From positions 266,495 to 330,494 of the forward strand of contig CBDAPI010000013.1 in NCBI GenBank assembly GCA_965198355.1: 64,000 nt of DNA. The letters run 5' to 3'. The number at the start of each line of letters is the position of its first letter. Position 1 is the first letter of the stretch. Below the pieces are notes generated by a model. It made no database searches. It saw only the letters and a program-made list of their open reading frames with translations, and was not told the DNA's origin. The translations under genes and the position numbers were made by a program. This DNA comes from Acidobacteriota bacterium (lineage in GTDB: Bacteria; Acidobacteriota; UBA6911; RPQK01; CBDAPI01). Below, piece after piece: positions 1 through 10,359 of this stretch.

Positions 1-593
1 AGGAGTATAAGAAGGCTCTCAAAGAGGTGAAAAAGAAGAAGGCCAACTATCAGAGGGCTGTGGCCGAGCTGGAGAAGGCCACCGACCTCTATCCGGAATT
101 TTCCGAGGCTTGGAACTTGTTGGGACAAGTTCGACTCCAGCTTGGGGACGAGTCCGGTGCTCAGATGGCCTTTGAATCGGCCGCGGCCAGCGATCCCAAG
201 TATCTTCGACCTCAGGTCGCGATGATGGAGCTTGAGTCCCGGCGGCGGGGCTGGGACCAGGTCAGTCAGTGGAGCACAAAGATCATAGAGTTGCATCCTT
301 ACCACATGCAAGCCCACTACCATCAGGGGATCGCCAACCTCCATCTGCGTCAATTGGAACAGGCCGAGGAGTCTCTCACCAAAGTCAGAGCCAGCCATAA
401 GGCCGACGACTACCCGTATGCCGGTTATCTGCTGGGCCTGATGCTGGCGGATGAGGGCAACTTTAATGATGCCGCGAAAGAACTCAAACATTTCCTGAAG
501 ATCCGCCCCGAGGCTCCGGAAGGAGACCGCGTCAAAACCGTTTTGAGCGACTGGGAGAAGAAAGGCCTCATCAAGGGTGCCGAGAAGAATTAA
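1..593 (+). CDS. TPR-repeat protein, C-terminal part (reading frame open to window start)
   Basis: ORF 27..593 stays in frame back to nt 3; TPR-like repeats (AVAELEKATDLYPEFSEAWNLLGQV...). Confidence 0.55.
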   Translation, partial: EYKKALKEVKKKKANYQRAVAELEKATDLYPEFSEAWNLLGQVRLQLGDESGAQMAFESAAASDPKYLRPQVAMMELESRRRGWDQVSQWSTKIIELHPYHMQAHYHQGIANLHLRQLEQAEESLTKVRASHKADDYPYAGYLLGLMLADEGNFNDAAKELKHFLKIRPEAPEGDRVKTVLSDWEKKGLIKGAEKN

Positions 594-818
594 TCACTGT
601 CCCCTAACAGTCTGTGACGCCAGCGCGACCGTGTTTGCGTTGGTGCGGTTCAGGATGAGTCGCTTCTCAGTTTCGGTGAAACTAAAGTCCCTTCGGGATC
701 CTTAGCGGGGGGAGCGCGGGCTTACCCGTTGCGTTGTGATGTCCTGGTGTCCTGGAAACGCAGAGAACGGTGGGGCGTCAGCTCACCGTTAATCTAGAAT
801 CTGGAATTGGCAATCTAG

Positions 819-1058
819 CTACTCAACAACTACGGCGGTTCCATAGACCAGAAGCTCGGCTGCGCCGGCCATGATCATGGCGGTTCCGAAGCGAATGCCG
901 ATGATGCCGTTGGCTCCCAGCTCTCCCGCCTCGTCCACCATTCGGTCCATGGCCTGCTCGCGAGCTTCCGCTGCCAGCTTCACATACTCGTGAATCTCGC
1001 CCCCGACGACGTTTCGCAAAACCGCCAGAATGTCCTTACCCAGGTGTCTTGATCGCAC
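819..1058 (-). CDS. YbjQ/UPF0145 (DUF74) family protein
   Basis: VVGGEIHEYVKLAAEAREQAMDRMVDEAGELGANGIIGIRF matches the YbjQ family. Homology continues upstream to about 1124 (TTDHIAGRRIVKTIGIVRGNAV) with no canonical start codon; the called start is GTG. Confidence 0.55.
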   Translation of the reverse strand: MRSRHLGKDILAVLRNVVGGEIHEYVKLAAEAREQAMDRMVDEAGELGANGIIGIRFGTAMIMAGAAELLVYGTAVVVE

Positions 1059-1133
1059 TGCATTGCCGCGAACGATGCCGATTGTCTTGACGATTCGCCG
1101 ACCCGCAATATGATCCGTAGTGCTAACTAACGA

Positions 1134-1568
1134 TCATTTGTAGACTCCCTTGTATTTGTCGGTACGACTTTCGCGCATTCGCTGGGCAAGAACCGAGAAA
1201 AAGAGCAGGGCGACTCCCAGAAAGACGCCAAAAACCAAGAGCTTCCCCATCAGCGGCTCATCAGGGGCCGTGGCCAGCTCCCACAGCCCGTAAGACGTCA
1301 GGACGATCGCCCAGACCGACAGAACGACCCATCCCAGGCCTTGACTGACGTTTTCTACAAGGCTCTTCTCCATCGACTTCCAGTCCCCGGAACTGGGCTT
1401 CTCATAGTTGAGGCTCTCTGTTTCGGCTTTCACCCGCTCGAGTTCCGCTAGGATCTCCCGGTAACGATCATCCTGCTCTAGATACACGCCTACTTTCTGT
1501 CTCTCCTGTTGCGTGAGTTCGCCGTCAAGATAGCCGGAAAGAAGTACTTCGATCTCTTTTTCAGGCAC
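1134..1568 (-). CDS. anti-sigma factor, membrane-anchored (RseA/ChrR-like)
   Basis: LSGYLDGELTQQER motif, one C-terminal TM helix, GTG start overlapping the stop of the upstream ECF sigma gene. Confidence 0.55.
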   Translation of the reverse strand: MPEKEIEVLLSGYLDGELTQQERQKVGVYLEQDDRYREILAELERVKAETESLNYEKPSSGDWKSMEKSLVENVSQGLGWVVLSVWAIVLTSYGLWELATAPDEPLMGKLLVFGVFLGVALLFFSVLAQRMRESRTDKYKGVYK

Positions 1569-2112
1569 TCCTGCTCTCCCTGAGCAGCGCCGCCAGTTTC
1601 TTGCGTGCATGATGAAGTCGGGACATCACGGTACCCAGCGGAATGTCCACGATTTCGGCGATTTCGGCGTAGCTGTGGCCCTGATAATCTTTCAGGAAAA
1701 TAATCTCTCGCTGGTCTTTTGAGAGCGCGTTTAACAGATCCCAGATCTCCTTCTTGAGCAGTTTCTGATCGGGATGGGTCCTGTTGCTGCGTTCGGGCAG
1801 AACAGCAGGCAGTTCATCTGTGCGGGTGCGTTTTCGCTTGCGCAGCAGGTCAATAGCCAGATTGCGGACAATGGAGAGGAGCCAGGGACGAAACTCGCGC
1901 CGGAAGTCGAACTTATTCAGGTTCAGATAAGCCCGCATGAAAGCGTCCTGGACAACGTCCATGGCGTCTTCTTTATTTTTCGTATAGTGAAAGGCCAATC
2001 CGTAGGCTCTGTCTCGATGGAGCTTGAAGATGAGACCGTAAGCTTCTCTGGTGCCCGCTGCAGCCTGCTGCAACAGCTCCTCCTCTGTTATACCAAGATC
2101 GTTCTTGGACAC
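1561..2112 (-). CDS. ECF-type RNA polymerase sigma-70 factor
   Basis: Sigma-70 region 2 (FMRAYLNLNKFD...PWLLSIVRNLAIDLLR) and region 4 (YAEIAEIVDIPLGTVMSRLHHARKKL). Confidence 0.8.
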   Translation of the reverse strand: MSKNDLGITEEELLQQAAAGTREAYGLIFKLHRDRAYGLAFHYTKNKEDAMDVVQDAFMRAYLNLNKFDFRREFRPWLLSIVRNLAIDLLRKRKRTRTDELPAVLPERSNRTHPDQKLLKKEIWDLLNALSKDQREIIFLKDYQGHSYAEIAEIVDIPLGTVMSRLHHARKKLAALLRESRSA

Positions 2113-2250
2113 GGGTATTACGTCTGAGCCTCGGTTTTATTCAGAAGCTTGAGCGAAGTTCGTCGACCGCCAATCTACAAGACCATGCGTTCTCGAATCA
2201 ACGGAGGAGGACCCTCCGTGGCCCGAAACACCCGGGGAGAGTAGGCTGTG

Positions 2251-3273
2251 TCACCGCCCCACGTAGCTCAGGATCGTGACGGCTACGTAGGAGGCCAGCA
2301 GAATCGTGCCGAAAGGCCGGGTGAGCCGATCCTTACAGACAAAAATCCCAATCCGTAGAACCAGCAGGAGAAACAACATGGATGGGAAGTAGAGAGAGAA
2401 AAAATGAGCCGGGGCCGGCAGGCCTGCCGGAGTAACCGCCGCCGCCGCTCCCGCTACAAAAAGGACGTTGAGGATGTCCGCTCCGATAACGTTGCCGACG
2501 GCCAGCTCGCCGTGCCCCTGCCGTGCCGCCGTCACAGCCGTTACCAGCTCGGGAAGGGATGTTCCAAAAGCGACCAAAGTGGCGGCGATGATACTTTCCG
2601 GGACGTGCATGCGGCTGGCGGCCTCACTTACGGCTGGAATGAGAATCCAGGATGCCCCGACTACGAGCCCAACGGCAAGAAGCAGTCGCACCAGAATCAC
2701 GAGGCTGCTTCCGCCATTCAACTCGAGGGACTCTGGTGAAAATGAAGGCGACTTTCTCTTCGCCCACGCCGCCGAAGTCCAAAGGTAGGCGGCCAGCAGC
2801 ACTAGAAAGAACAGGCCGCTATTCTGAGCCAGACTCCCCCCACTGGTGAGTACCGTGTCCAGGCCAGTCCAGGGCAGACAGGCCAGAACCAGCATCGCGC
2901 CGCAGATTATCTGGATCCAGCCCTGCCGATTCACAATCTTCCGGTCCAGTGGAAGGGGACTGATCAGGCAGGCCACGCCGAGGATGAGCCCCGTGTCGCA
3001 AATAATGGAACCGACGGCGTTGCCGAGCGCCAGGCCAGGCTTGCCCTGCACCGCTGCCAGGACGGAAACCGCCGCCTCAGGGGTCGTGGTCCCCAGACTC
3101 ACGATGGTCGCTCCCACCACAACTTTGGGAATGCCTGACCGGGCCGAAAGCAAGACGGCCTGGTCGACAAGCCAATCAGCTCCCTTGGCCAGCAGACCAA
3201 GCGCGGCAACGATTGTCAGAACTAGGACGGGCCAGGCCAGGGAGGAAATGAGTTGGTGAACAGCTTCTTCCAT
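2251..3273 (-). CDS. Ca2+/Na+ (cation) antiporter, CaCA family
   Basis: Two alpha-repeat motifs GNAVGSIICDTGLILGV and GTSLPELVTAVTAARQG...GNVIGADILNV; polytopic membrane protein. Confidence 0.8.
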   Translation of the reverse strand: MEEAVHQLISSLAWPVLVLTIVAALGLLAKGADWLVDQAVLLSARSGIPKVVVGATIVSLGTTTPEAAVSVLAAVQGKPGLALGNAVGSIICDTGLILGVACLISPLPLDRKIVNRQGWIQIICGAMLVLACLPWTGLDTVLTSGGSLAQNSGLFFLVLLAAYLWTSAAWAKRKSPSFSPESLELNGGSSLVILVRLLLAVGLVVGASWILIPAVSEAASRMHVPESIIAATLVAFGTSLPELVTAVTAARQGHGELAVGNVIGADILNVLFVAGAAAAVTPAGLPAPAHFFSLYFPSMLFLLLVLRIGIFVCKDRLTRPFGTILLASYVAVTILSYVGR

Positions 3274-3324
3274 AACAGCGTTAGAGGGAGCAGCCTCCTT
3301 CCCGATCTGATTGTCGCTGCCGCT

Positions 3325-4674
3325 TCAGGTGGCCCTGGTTTTCCGGGCCCCGGCCATTTTTCTGACCTCTTCGAGCCTTCGTTTAAGTAGAACTTCATGG
3401 CCATGATCGGTCGCCCTATAGTAGCTTCTTCCACTGAGGTTTTCAGGCAAGCAGGACATGGCTGTTATGGCGTCGGGATCATCATGGGCGTATTCATAGC
3501 CGGCCCCGCAACCAAGTCCCTTCATCAAGCCTGTAGAAGCATTCCTGAGGTGCAGCGGTACGGGATCGTTTCGAGTTGAGTCCACATCAGCGACCGCCCT
3601 GGCGTAGGCTCGGTAAACGGAATTGGACTTCGCAGCCAGAGCCAGGTCGATGGCGACCTGGGCGAGTGCCAGCTTACCCTCCGGAAGCCCGATGAACTGA
3701 AAGGCGCGAAGGCCGTCGATGGCCCTCCCAAGCGCCCCGGGGTCGGCCAGACCGACGTCCTCGGAGGCAAAGCGGATCATCCGACGAGCTACATAGAGGG
3801 GATCCTCTCCCGCCTCCAGCATTCGGGCCAGCCAGTAGAGGGCGGCGTCCGGGTCACTGTTACGAAGCGACTTGTGCAGGGCCGAAATCAAATTGAAGTG
3901 CTCTTCACCGGATTTGTCATAGAGAAGGGTCTTTTTCTGGAGGGCTTCCTGCACGATCTCGGGCGTCAGGGTGGGATCACTTTCAGAGTCGATCAGGCTG
4001 GCGGCGACTTCCAAAGCGTTGAGAGCAACGCGCGCATCGCCGTTGGCATGGGTAGCAATCAGCCCAAGGGTTTCGTCACTGCATGACAAGTGCAGGGACC
4101 CGAGACCTCGCTCTGCTTCCTGCAGGGCCCGCTTGAGCAGCTGCATCAGATCAAGCTCTGACAGGGATTCGAGCACGACCACCCTGGATCTCGAGAGCAG
4201 AGGTGAGATCACTTCAAAGGAAGGGTTCTCGGTGGTCGCCCCAATCAGTGTGATCGAGCCCTTTTCGACGTGAGGCAGAAAGGCGTCCTGTTGTGCCTTG
4301 TTAAAGCGGTGAATCTCATCTACAAAGAGGATTGTAGACCGGGAGAAGGCCCGCTGCTGGTATTCGGCTTGCTTAAGGATCTGCTTCACCTCTTTCACTC
4401 CGGAAAAAACAGCACTGAGGGCAACGAAATGCGCCCCCGTCGCTCCAGCGATCACTCTTGCAACCGTCGTTTTCCCGACACCGGGAGGGCCCCACAAGAT
4501 CAATGACGGAACCTGATCCTGATCGATGACACGACGCAGAAACCTGCCTTCGGACAAGAGGGCTTCCTGACCGACCACTTCCGACAGCGAACGGGGTCGC
4601 ATCCGTTCGGCCAGCGGTGCGACTTCCTGCGGAGATGAAGGTGACTCATCGCTGAAGAACAGGTCCTGGCGCAT
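3325..4674 (-). CDS. rarA: replication-associated recombination protein A (AAA+ ATPase)
   Basis: Walker [20 protein letters not shown]; MgsA/RarA C-terminal helical domain. Confidence 0.85.
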   Translation of the reverse strand: MRQDLFFSDESPSSPQEVAPLAERMRPRSLSEVVGQEALLSEGRFLRRVIDQDQVPSLILWGPPGVGKTTVARVIAGATGAHFVALSAVFSGVKEVKQILKQAEYQQRAFSRSTILFVDEIHRFNKAQQDAFLPHVEKGSITLIGATTENPSFEVISPLLSRSRVVVLESLSELDLMQLLKRALQEAERGLGSLHLSCSDETLGLIATHANGDARVALNALEVAASLIDSESDPTLTPEIVQEALQKKTLLYDKSGEEHFNLISALHKSLRNSDPDAALYWLARMLEAGEDPLYVARRMIRFASEDVGLADPGALGRAIDGLRAFQFIGLPEGKLALAQVAIDLALAAKSNSVYRAYARAVADVDSTRNDPVPLHLRNASTGLMKGLGCGAGYEYAHDDPDAITAMSCLPENLSGRSYYRATDHGHEVLLKRRLEEVRKMAGARKTRAT

Positions 4675-4686
4675 TCCTTGGGGTCT

Positions 4687-5439
4687 CTAACTGCTAAGGT
4701 ATACCTGGTACATGATAAGCGATCCCGCAACAGACGCGTTCAGGCTATCGCTTCCTGTCTCCATGGGAATCCGAAAAGCGTCGTCAGACATTTCCAGAGC
4801 CTTTCGGGTCATGCCTCGGCCTTCGTTCCCGAGGAGAAAAGCGGTTCTAGGAGTGAATTGCTGGTCCAAGAGACTCTCCCTGCCGGAAGGAGAGGCGGCA
4901 ATGAGTTGGTAGTTTCGCCGCTTCAATTCTGCCAGGGGAACACCCTCCAGAAAGGGCACCTGGAACAACGCTCCACAGCACGCCCGCACGACCTTCGAAT
5001 TGAAGAAGGAAACTGTGCCGAGGTCTGCGGCAAGCGAAAAGAGGCCGGTCGCCCGGGCAGTCCGCAGAAGCGTCCCGAGATTGCCTGGATCCTGTATCCC
5101 CTCGAGGTAGAGGATCCATTCCGAAACATCATCCCAACTCCAGACCGGCTTCTCCAGAAAGGCAATGACTCCCTGATGACTTTGGACTCTGGAAAGCCGT
5201 GACAAGAGATCCGAGGGGAGACGGACACGGCGGGGAGCTTGCCTGTCCGCAATTTGAGCAATGGAGTTCTCATCCGAGTAGAGAAGCAGTGCGATCGTGT
5301 GTTTCGAACTCAGATCAAGAGCCTGCTTCTGACCCTCGACAGCAATCCAGGGGCAGTCCGGGAGTTCGGGCGACTTAATGTACGACTTCCAGAGTTTAAA
5401 CCGGGGGTTCTGAGAACTCCTGATTGTGTCGGGTTCCAC
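4687..5439 (-). CDS. SpoU/TrmH-family RNA 2'-O-methyltransferase (RlmB-like)
   Basis: GIQDPGNLGTLLRTARATG and LLGNEGRGM...DSLNASVAGSLIMYQV SPOUT motifs. Confidence 0.8.
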   Translation of the reverse strand: MEPDTIRSSQNPRFKLWKSYIKSPELPDCPWIAVEGQKQALDLSSKHTIALLLYSDENSIAQIADRQAPRRVRLPSDLLSRLSRVQSHQGVIAFLEKPVWSWDDVSEWILYLEGIQDPGNLGTLLRTARATGLFSLAADLGTVSFFNSKVVRACCGALFQVPFLEGVPLAELKRRNYQLIAASPSGRESLLDQQFTPRTAFLLGNEGRGMTRKALEMSDDAFRIPMETGSDSLNASVAGSLIMYQVYLSS

Positions 5440-5465
5440 CCGGGCATTCTATCCGAGCAGATGTT

Positions 5466-8322
5466 TCAGTCGTCAAGGTAACTCTCCAGTGTAGGGCAGA
5501 CACACATCAGGTTGCGATCTCCGTAGGCATTGTCCACCCGCCCCACCGCCGGCCAGAATTTCCGCTCCCGAACCCAGGAAAGAGGGTAGGCTGCGGTTTC
5601 CCGGGAGTAGGGTTCATCCCAATCATCGGAGATCAGGGTCTCGGCGGTGTGGGGAGCATTCTTGAGCGGGTTCCGTTCGCGATCGGAAAGTCCTTCTTCA
5701 ACGTCCCGTATCTCCTCTCTGATCTGCATCATCGCCTCGCAGAAGCGGTCCAGCTCTTCCTTCGATTCGCTCTCCGTGGGCTCGATCATGAAGGTGCCCG
5801 GGACAGGGAACGACATGGTGGGCGCATGAAAGCCGTAATCCATCAGGCGCTTGGCCACATCGTCCACGTCGATTCCGGCGCTCTTCTTGAAGTGTCTGAG
5901 ATCGATGACGCACTCGTGGGCCACCAGGCCGTTCTTTCCGGCGAAAAGAATCGGATAGTAGTGCCGCAGGCGGAAAGCGATGTAGTTGGCGTTCAAGATG
6001 GCCACCTGGGTTGCCCGTTTGAGTCCCGCTGCTCCCATGAGGGCGATGTAGGCCCAGGAAATGGGAAGGATACCGGCACTACCCCAGGGGGCTGCCGAGA
6101 CGGCGGAAATTCCGCGTTCGGATCCGGCTTCCGGGTGCAGGATGTTCCCAGGGAGATAAGGAGCCAGATGTTCCCGCACACCGATTGGGCCCACGCCGGG
6201 ACCGCCTCCACCGTGGGGGATACAGAAGGTCTTGTGCAGGTTCAGATGAGCCACGTCGGGACCGAACTCTGCCGGCCGACTAACACCAAGGAGCGCGTTC
6301 AGGTTGGCTCCGTCCAGATACACCTGCCCGCCGTACCCGTGTACGAGGTCGCAGACGGCGCGGATCTCTTCTTCAAAGACACCGTGAGTGGAAGGGTAGG
6401 TCACCATGAGTGCAGCCAGGTGCTCGGAGTGTACACGCGCCTTTTCTTCCAGATCAGCAAGGTCGATGTTGCCTTCCCGATCACAGGCCACTACCACAAC
6501 CCTGAGACCCGCCATGGCGGCACTGGCCGGGTTGGTTCCGTGGGCAGAACTCGGGATAAGGCAGACATCTCGTTGTCCTTCACCGCCTTCCTGATGGTAG
6601 CGCCGGATCATCAGCAAGCCGGTGTACTCGCCCTGCGACCCGGCATTGGGCTGCAGAGAAACAGCTGAAAACCCAGTCACGATGCCGAGCATCTCCTCCA
6701 GTTCCTGGATGAGCTGGAGATAACCGGGAACCTGTTGGAGCAGAACAAAAGGGTGCACCTGGGCGAATCCCGGCTCGCCGATAGGGAGCATCTCCGCCGT
6801 GGCGTTGAGCTTCATGGTGCAGGAGCCGAGGGGGATCATAGAATGAGTCAGAGAAAGATCTCGAGCCTGTAAGCGGTGCAGATACCGGAGCATCTCCGTT
6901 TCCGATCGGTAGCGGTTGAAGACGGGATGACTCAAATAAGGAGAACTGCGTCTTAGACTCGCAGGAATTCCGACTCGCACAGAGTCATTTTCAGCTTCAT
7001 GAGAATTGCCCTCAGAGAAAAGCTCCAGAAGAGCTTCCACATCTTCCGGAGAGGCGGTCTCGTCCAGAGAAATGCCGACCGTCAGCTTATCGATCGCTCT
7101 CAGGTTATAGCCGGCAGCAGCGGCATCCTGCAGCAGGGCTACCCGGGTAGCTGCTTCGACCCGTACGGCTATGGTATCGAAGAACCGCGGACAGATAACA
7201 TCGTGGCCCCGCTGTCGAAGACCGACTGCCAGGTCGCAGGCAAGATTGTGGATCCGAGAGGCAATGGCCTGAAGACCTCGAGGGCCGTGGTAGACGGCAT
7301 ACATGCTGGCCATCACGGCCAACAGAACCTGGGCCGTGCAGATGTTGCTGGTGGCCTTCTCGCGTCGAATGTGTTGTTCTCTAGTCTGCAGAGCCAGACG
7401 CAGTGCGAAGCGATCGTGGCGGTCCCGTGTAACTCCACGATTCGTCCGGGGATTTTTCTCTGAAATCTCTCCCTGGTTGCAAAAAAAGCAGCATGAGGTC
7501 CGCCAAATCCAAGCGGGACGCCGAAGCGCTGAGAGTTTCCGATTACCACATCAGCGCCGAACTCACCCTGGGGCTTGAGCAGACAGAGACTCAAGAGATC
7601 CGTGGCGCAAATCACGAGTGTCTGGTCGCGGTGAGCCCGCTCGACGAGTGCCTCCAGGTTGCTCAGGGAGCCGTCGGTGGCCGGGTACTGAAGCAGAATC
7701 GCAAAGTAATCCTCAGTTGCATCCAGGTGGTCGGAGTGACCAGTAACCACGTTGACTCCCAGTGGTCGGGAGCGAGTCTGGACAACGTCGATCGTCTGGG
7801 GATGGCAGTCGGTCGAAACCCACACACCCCTTCCTTCCGCTTGCTTTCCGGCTAGGGACCGGCAGAAGCTCACAGCCTCTGCGGCAGCTGTCGCCTCATC
7901 CAGAAGGGATGCGTTGGCGATTGCCATCCCGGTGAGATCGATGACCATGGGTCTGAAAATTGAGCAAGGCCTCCATCCGGCCCTGAGAGATTTCCGCCTG
8001 GTAGGGCGTGTAGGCGGTGTACCAGCCCGGATTCTCCAGAACATTTTCGGAGAATGACCGGGGGTGTGATCGTGGCCGAGTACCCGAGCCCGAGAAACGA
8101 TTTCTTCAGCTGGTTCTGTGCGGCAAGACCAGCGAGAGTAGAAACAACCTCGGTCTCGGTTCGGGCCGGGGGCAAGGCAAGGGGCCTGGTGTCACGGATC
8201 GTCTCGGGGACCGCTCTCTCTATGAGATCGTCGAGCGAAGCGAGCCCCAGGCTGCGAAGCATGTCCTGGACGTCGTCCGATCCCGGCCCGATGTGTCGGT
8301 GAACAAAACAGCTCGTGTTCAA
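5466..8322 (-). CDS. gcvP: glycine dehydrogenase (decarboxylating), single-chain P protein; frame broken by three 1-nt indels as assembled
   Basis: ORFs 7870..8418, 7313..8044 and 5466..7322 read as one collinear GcvP (FVHRHIGP...[19 protein letters not shown]...MVIDLTGM...[11 protein letters not shown]...[10 protein letters not shown]). Likely TTG start at 8322 overlapping the gcvH stop. Indels near 8045-48, 7949-51 and 7434-37. Confidence 0.8.
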
Positions 8323-8711
8323 TTGGAAGATTCTTCTTCGACGTAGGCCCGGTATTCTTGGGCTGTCATCAGCCTGGCCAGTTGTCCGCTGTCGGAGAGC
8401 CGTATCTTCGCAATCCACCCTGCGCCGTAGGGATCCTCATTGATCTTTTCGGGGTGATCGACCAGATCCTCATTGGCGTCTTCGATCACACCGGCGACGG
8501 GTGAATACACCTCTGAGACCGCCTTCACGGATTCAACAGACGCCATCGATGCTCCCATCTCGATGTCTTCGTTCTTCCGGGGAATCTCGACGTAGACCAC
8601 GTCTCCCAGTTCCTGCTGCGCATGGTCGCTGATTCCAACTTGTGCGATCTCTGCCTCGTGGCGGATCCACTCGTGATCTCTTGTGTACAGAAGAGCCTCA
8701 GGATACTCCAT
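8319..8711 (-). CDS. gcvH: glycine cleavage system H protein
   Basis: 130 aa; lipoyl-lysine motif ESVKAVSEVYSP. Confidence 0.9.
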   Translation of the reverse strand: MEYPEALLYTRDHEWIRHEAEIAQVGISDHAQQELGDVVYVEIPRKNEDIEMGASMASVESVKAVSEVYSPVAGVIEDANEDLVDHPEKINEDPYGAGWIAKIRLSDSGQLARLMTAQEYRAYVEEESSN

Positions 8712-8714
8712 TCA

Positions 8715-9815
8715 TCACCCGTCCTTTCGGGACTTCTTGTAGAAAGGTGTTTCTGCAACCCGTGCCTGAACCTTCCTGCCTCGAATCTCGATTTCCAGAT
8801 CCCGACCTACCGACCAATTATCCGAAGGAAGATACGTCAGTCCGATCCCTCTTTGCAATGTTGGAGAATAACTGCCACTGGTGACCTCTCCGGTTTGCCT
8901 GCCCGACACGAATACAGGGTAGTGATCACGAGCCACGCCCCGCCCCGTCATCTCAAATCCAACCAGCTTTCGGGACACCCCTGTCTGATGCTGGCTGAGC
9001 AGAGCTTCCCTGCCTATGAAATCCCCTTTGTCCAGCTTCACAATCCAGGCCAGGCCGGCCTCCAGGGGAGTTGTTTGGTCACTGATATCGTTCCCATAGA
9101 GGGCATATCTCATCTCCAGCCGCAGAGTGTTTCTGGCTGCCAACCCCGCGGGTTGTAAACCATAGCGACCCCCAGCCTCGAAGAGGGCCTCCCATACGGC
9201 GATTCCTGACCGGCGTGAGATATAGAGTTCGTATCCGGCCTCGCCGGTATAGCCGGTTCTCGAAATGATGGCCTCATGCCCACTGACCGTTCCTCTCAAG
9301 AACCAGTAGTAGCGAAGGCCGGACAAGTCTTGCCCTGCCAGATCCGCCAGAAGCTGTGGTGAGTTTGGCCCCTGGACCGCCAGCTGCACGTAGCCATCAC
9401 TCTCATCGGAAACCCTGGTGTCACCCTCCAGGTGCCCGAGGATCCAGTCCAGATCCTTCTGCCGGTTGGCAGCGTTGACGCACAACATGAAGTGGGTCTC
9501 CGAGAAGCGGTAAAGGACGATATCGTCGAGAAACTCCCCGGTCGGATAAAGCAGAGCGGAATACTGGGCCTGTCCGACCGACAGATTCCCGACATCATTG
9601 CAGGTCAGTTTCTGGAGCAACGCTTCCGCATCCGGGCCCTCGACCTCGATCTCTCCCATATGGCTGACGTCAAAGACTCCGGCGGCCGTGCGGACAGCCT
9701 GGTGTTCCGGGAGAGCTCCGTGATATTGAACGGGCATCTCCCAGCCGGCAAACTCCACCATACGCGCACCATAGCTTTTGTGAAGTTCGTGGAGGGGCGT
9801 TTTCCTGGCACTCAC
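8715..9815 (-). CDS. gcvT: aminomethyltransferase (glycine cleavage T protein)
   Basis: 366 aa collinear with GcvT (AGVFDVSHMG...GYTGEAGYEL). Confidence 0.9.
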   Translation of the reverse strand: MSARKTPLHELHKSYGARMVEFAGWEMPVQYHGALPEHQAVRTAAGVFDVSHMGEIEVEGPDAEALLQKLTCNDVGNLSVGQAQYSALLYPTGEFLDDIVLYRFSETHFMLCVNAANRQKDLDWILGHLEGDTRVSDESDGYVQLAVQGPNSPQLLADLAGQDLSGLRYYWFLRGTVSGHEAIISRTGYTGEAGYELYISRRSGIAVWEALFEAGGRYGLQPAGLAARNTLRLEMRYALYGNDISDQTTPLEAGLAWIVKLDKGDFIGREALLSQHQTGVSRKLVGFEMTGRGVARDHYPVFVSGRQTGEVTSGSYSPTLQRGIGLTYLPSDNWSVGRDLEIEIRGRKVQARVAETPFYKKSRKDG

Positions 9816-10234
9816 GGCAGCTCATCGGCGTGCTTAAACACGGTCTGTCCGGTAAGGGCGCGGAAAAAGGCCAATCCCTGGAGAGCAGCACGCTCAGGGG
9901 CCGGAGCCCGATAGATCCACACGCTGGCCGAGAGCTCCTGGCCTACAATGGACTGAACATCGTAGAGAGTATTGAGTGTCTGGATGCGAACATCCAACCG
10001 CCCCGATGGAGGATCCTGGAACCAGACATTCACCCGTAGCGAACCTCCTTCGTCGATGACTCCCAGTACCTGGTAGCGAGAGTTGGACAAACGAGTGATC
10101 TCTCTCTGGTAGTTTTCAAAATTTGCGATCGGTTTCATTTCGGGGCGGGGGCCGCCAAAGAAGATGCTATAGAAAATCAGGGCCGGTAAACTGACCGCGA
10201 TCAAAAGAACCGGCAAAATCACTTTTGCAGACAT
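9812..10234 (-). CDS. hypothetical membrane-anchored protein (first gene of the gcv operon)
   Basis: N-terminal TM/signal segment; 4-bp overlap with the gcvT start. Confidence 0.4.
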   Translation of the reverse strand: MSAKVILPVLLIAVSLPALIFYSIFFGGPRPEMKPIANFENYQREITRLSNSRYQVLGVIDEGGSLRVNVWFQDPPSGRLDVRIQTLNTLYDVQSIVGQELSASVWIYRAPAPERAALQGLAFFRALTGQTVFKHADELP

Positions 10235-10359
10235 CGGAGGGTGATACTATCATAGGGATAGCTTGCTCAAATGCGGGCCTCGGCTGATCGCACTGTGAAA
10301 CCTTTTTGTCGGTCGGGACTCTATAATGGATAGCAAAAACGGGAACAAGAACGGAGTCT

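Noticed and set aside
593-819. Structured-looking convergent intergenic region (GUCC-cuucg-GGAU hairpin, ggtgaaac motif) considered as RNase P RNA, SRP RNA or a riboswitch
   Set aside because: None of the diagnostic conserved blocks (GGAAAGUCCGGGCUCC; SRP domain IV) are present and the stems are short. Left unannotated.
2113-2250. GAACTT -35-like hexamer and ACGGAGG-aggac-CCTCCGT hairpin upstream of the ECF sigma gene
   Set aside because: The spacing to any TCTGA or CGTA -10 element does not fit (10 nt or more than 30 nt), so no confident ECF promoter call.
5424-6668. 414-aa plus-strand ORF fully inside gcvP (and similar long antisense ORFs: 29936..31141 opposite the TBDR-like gene, 34240..35292 opposite ispH, 36602..37267 opposite the AMP-ligase gene, 42441..43106 opposite hisS, 6999..7463, 1774..2127)
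   Set aside because: All lie antisense to ORFs with strong family-level homology, have Arg/Gly/Pro-rich composition typical of spurious frames in high-GC DNA, and show no recognisable domains.
5466-8322. Calling gcvP, lon, the permeases and the TBDR-like gene true pseudogenes
   Set aside because: Every break is a plus or minus 1 change in a homopolymer, including two long G-runs, and the neighbouring genes are intact. A technical origin is more likely. They are listed as CDS with a note rather than as pseudogenes, but this cannot be settled without reads.
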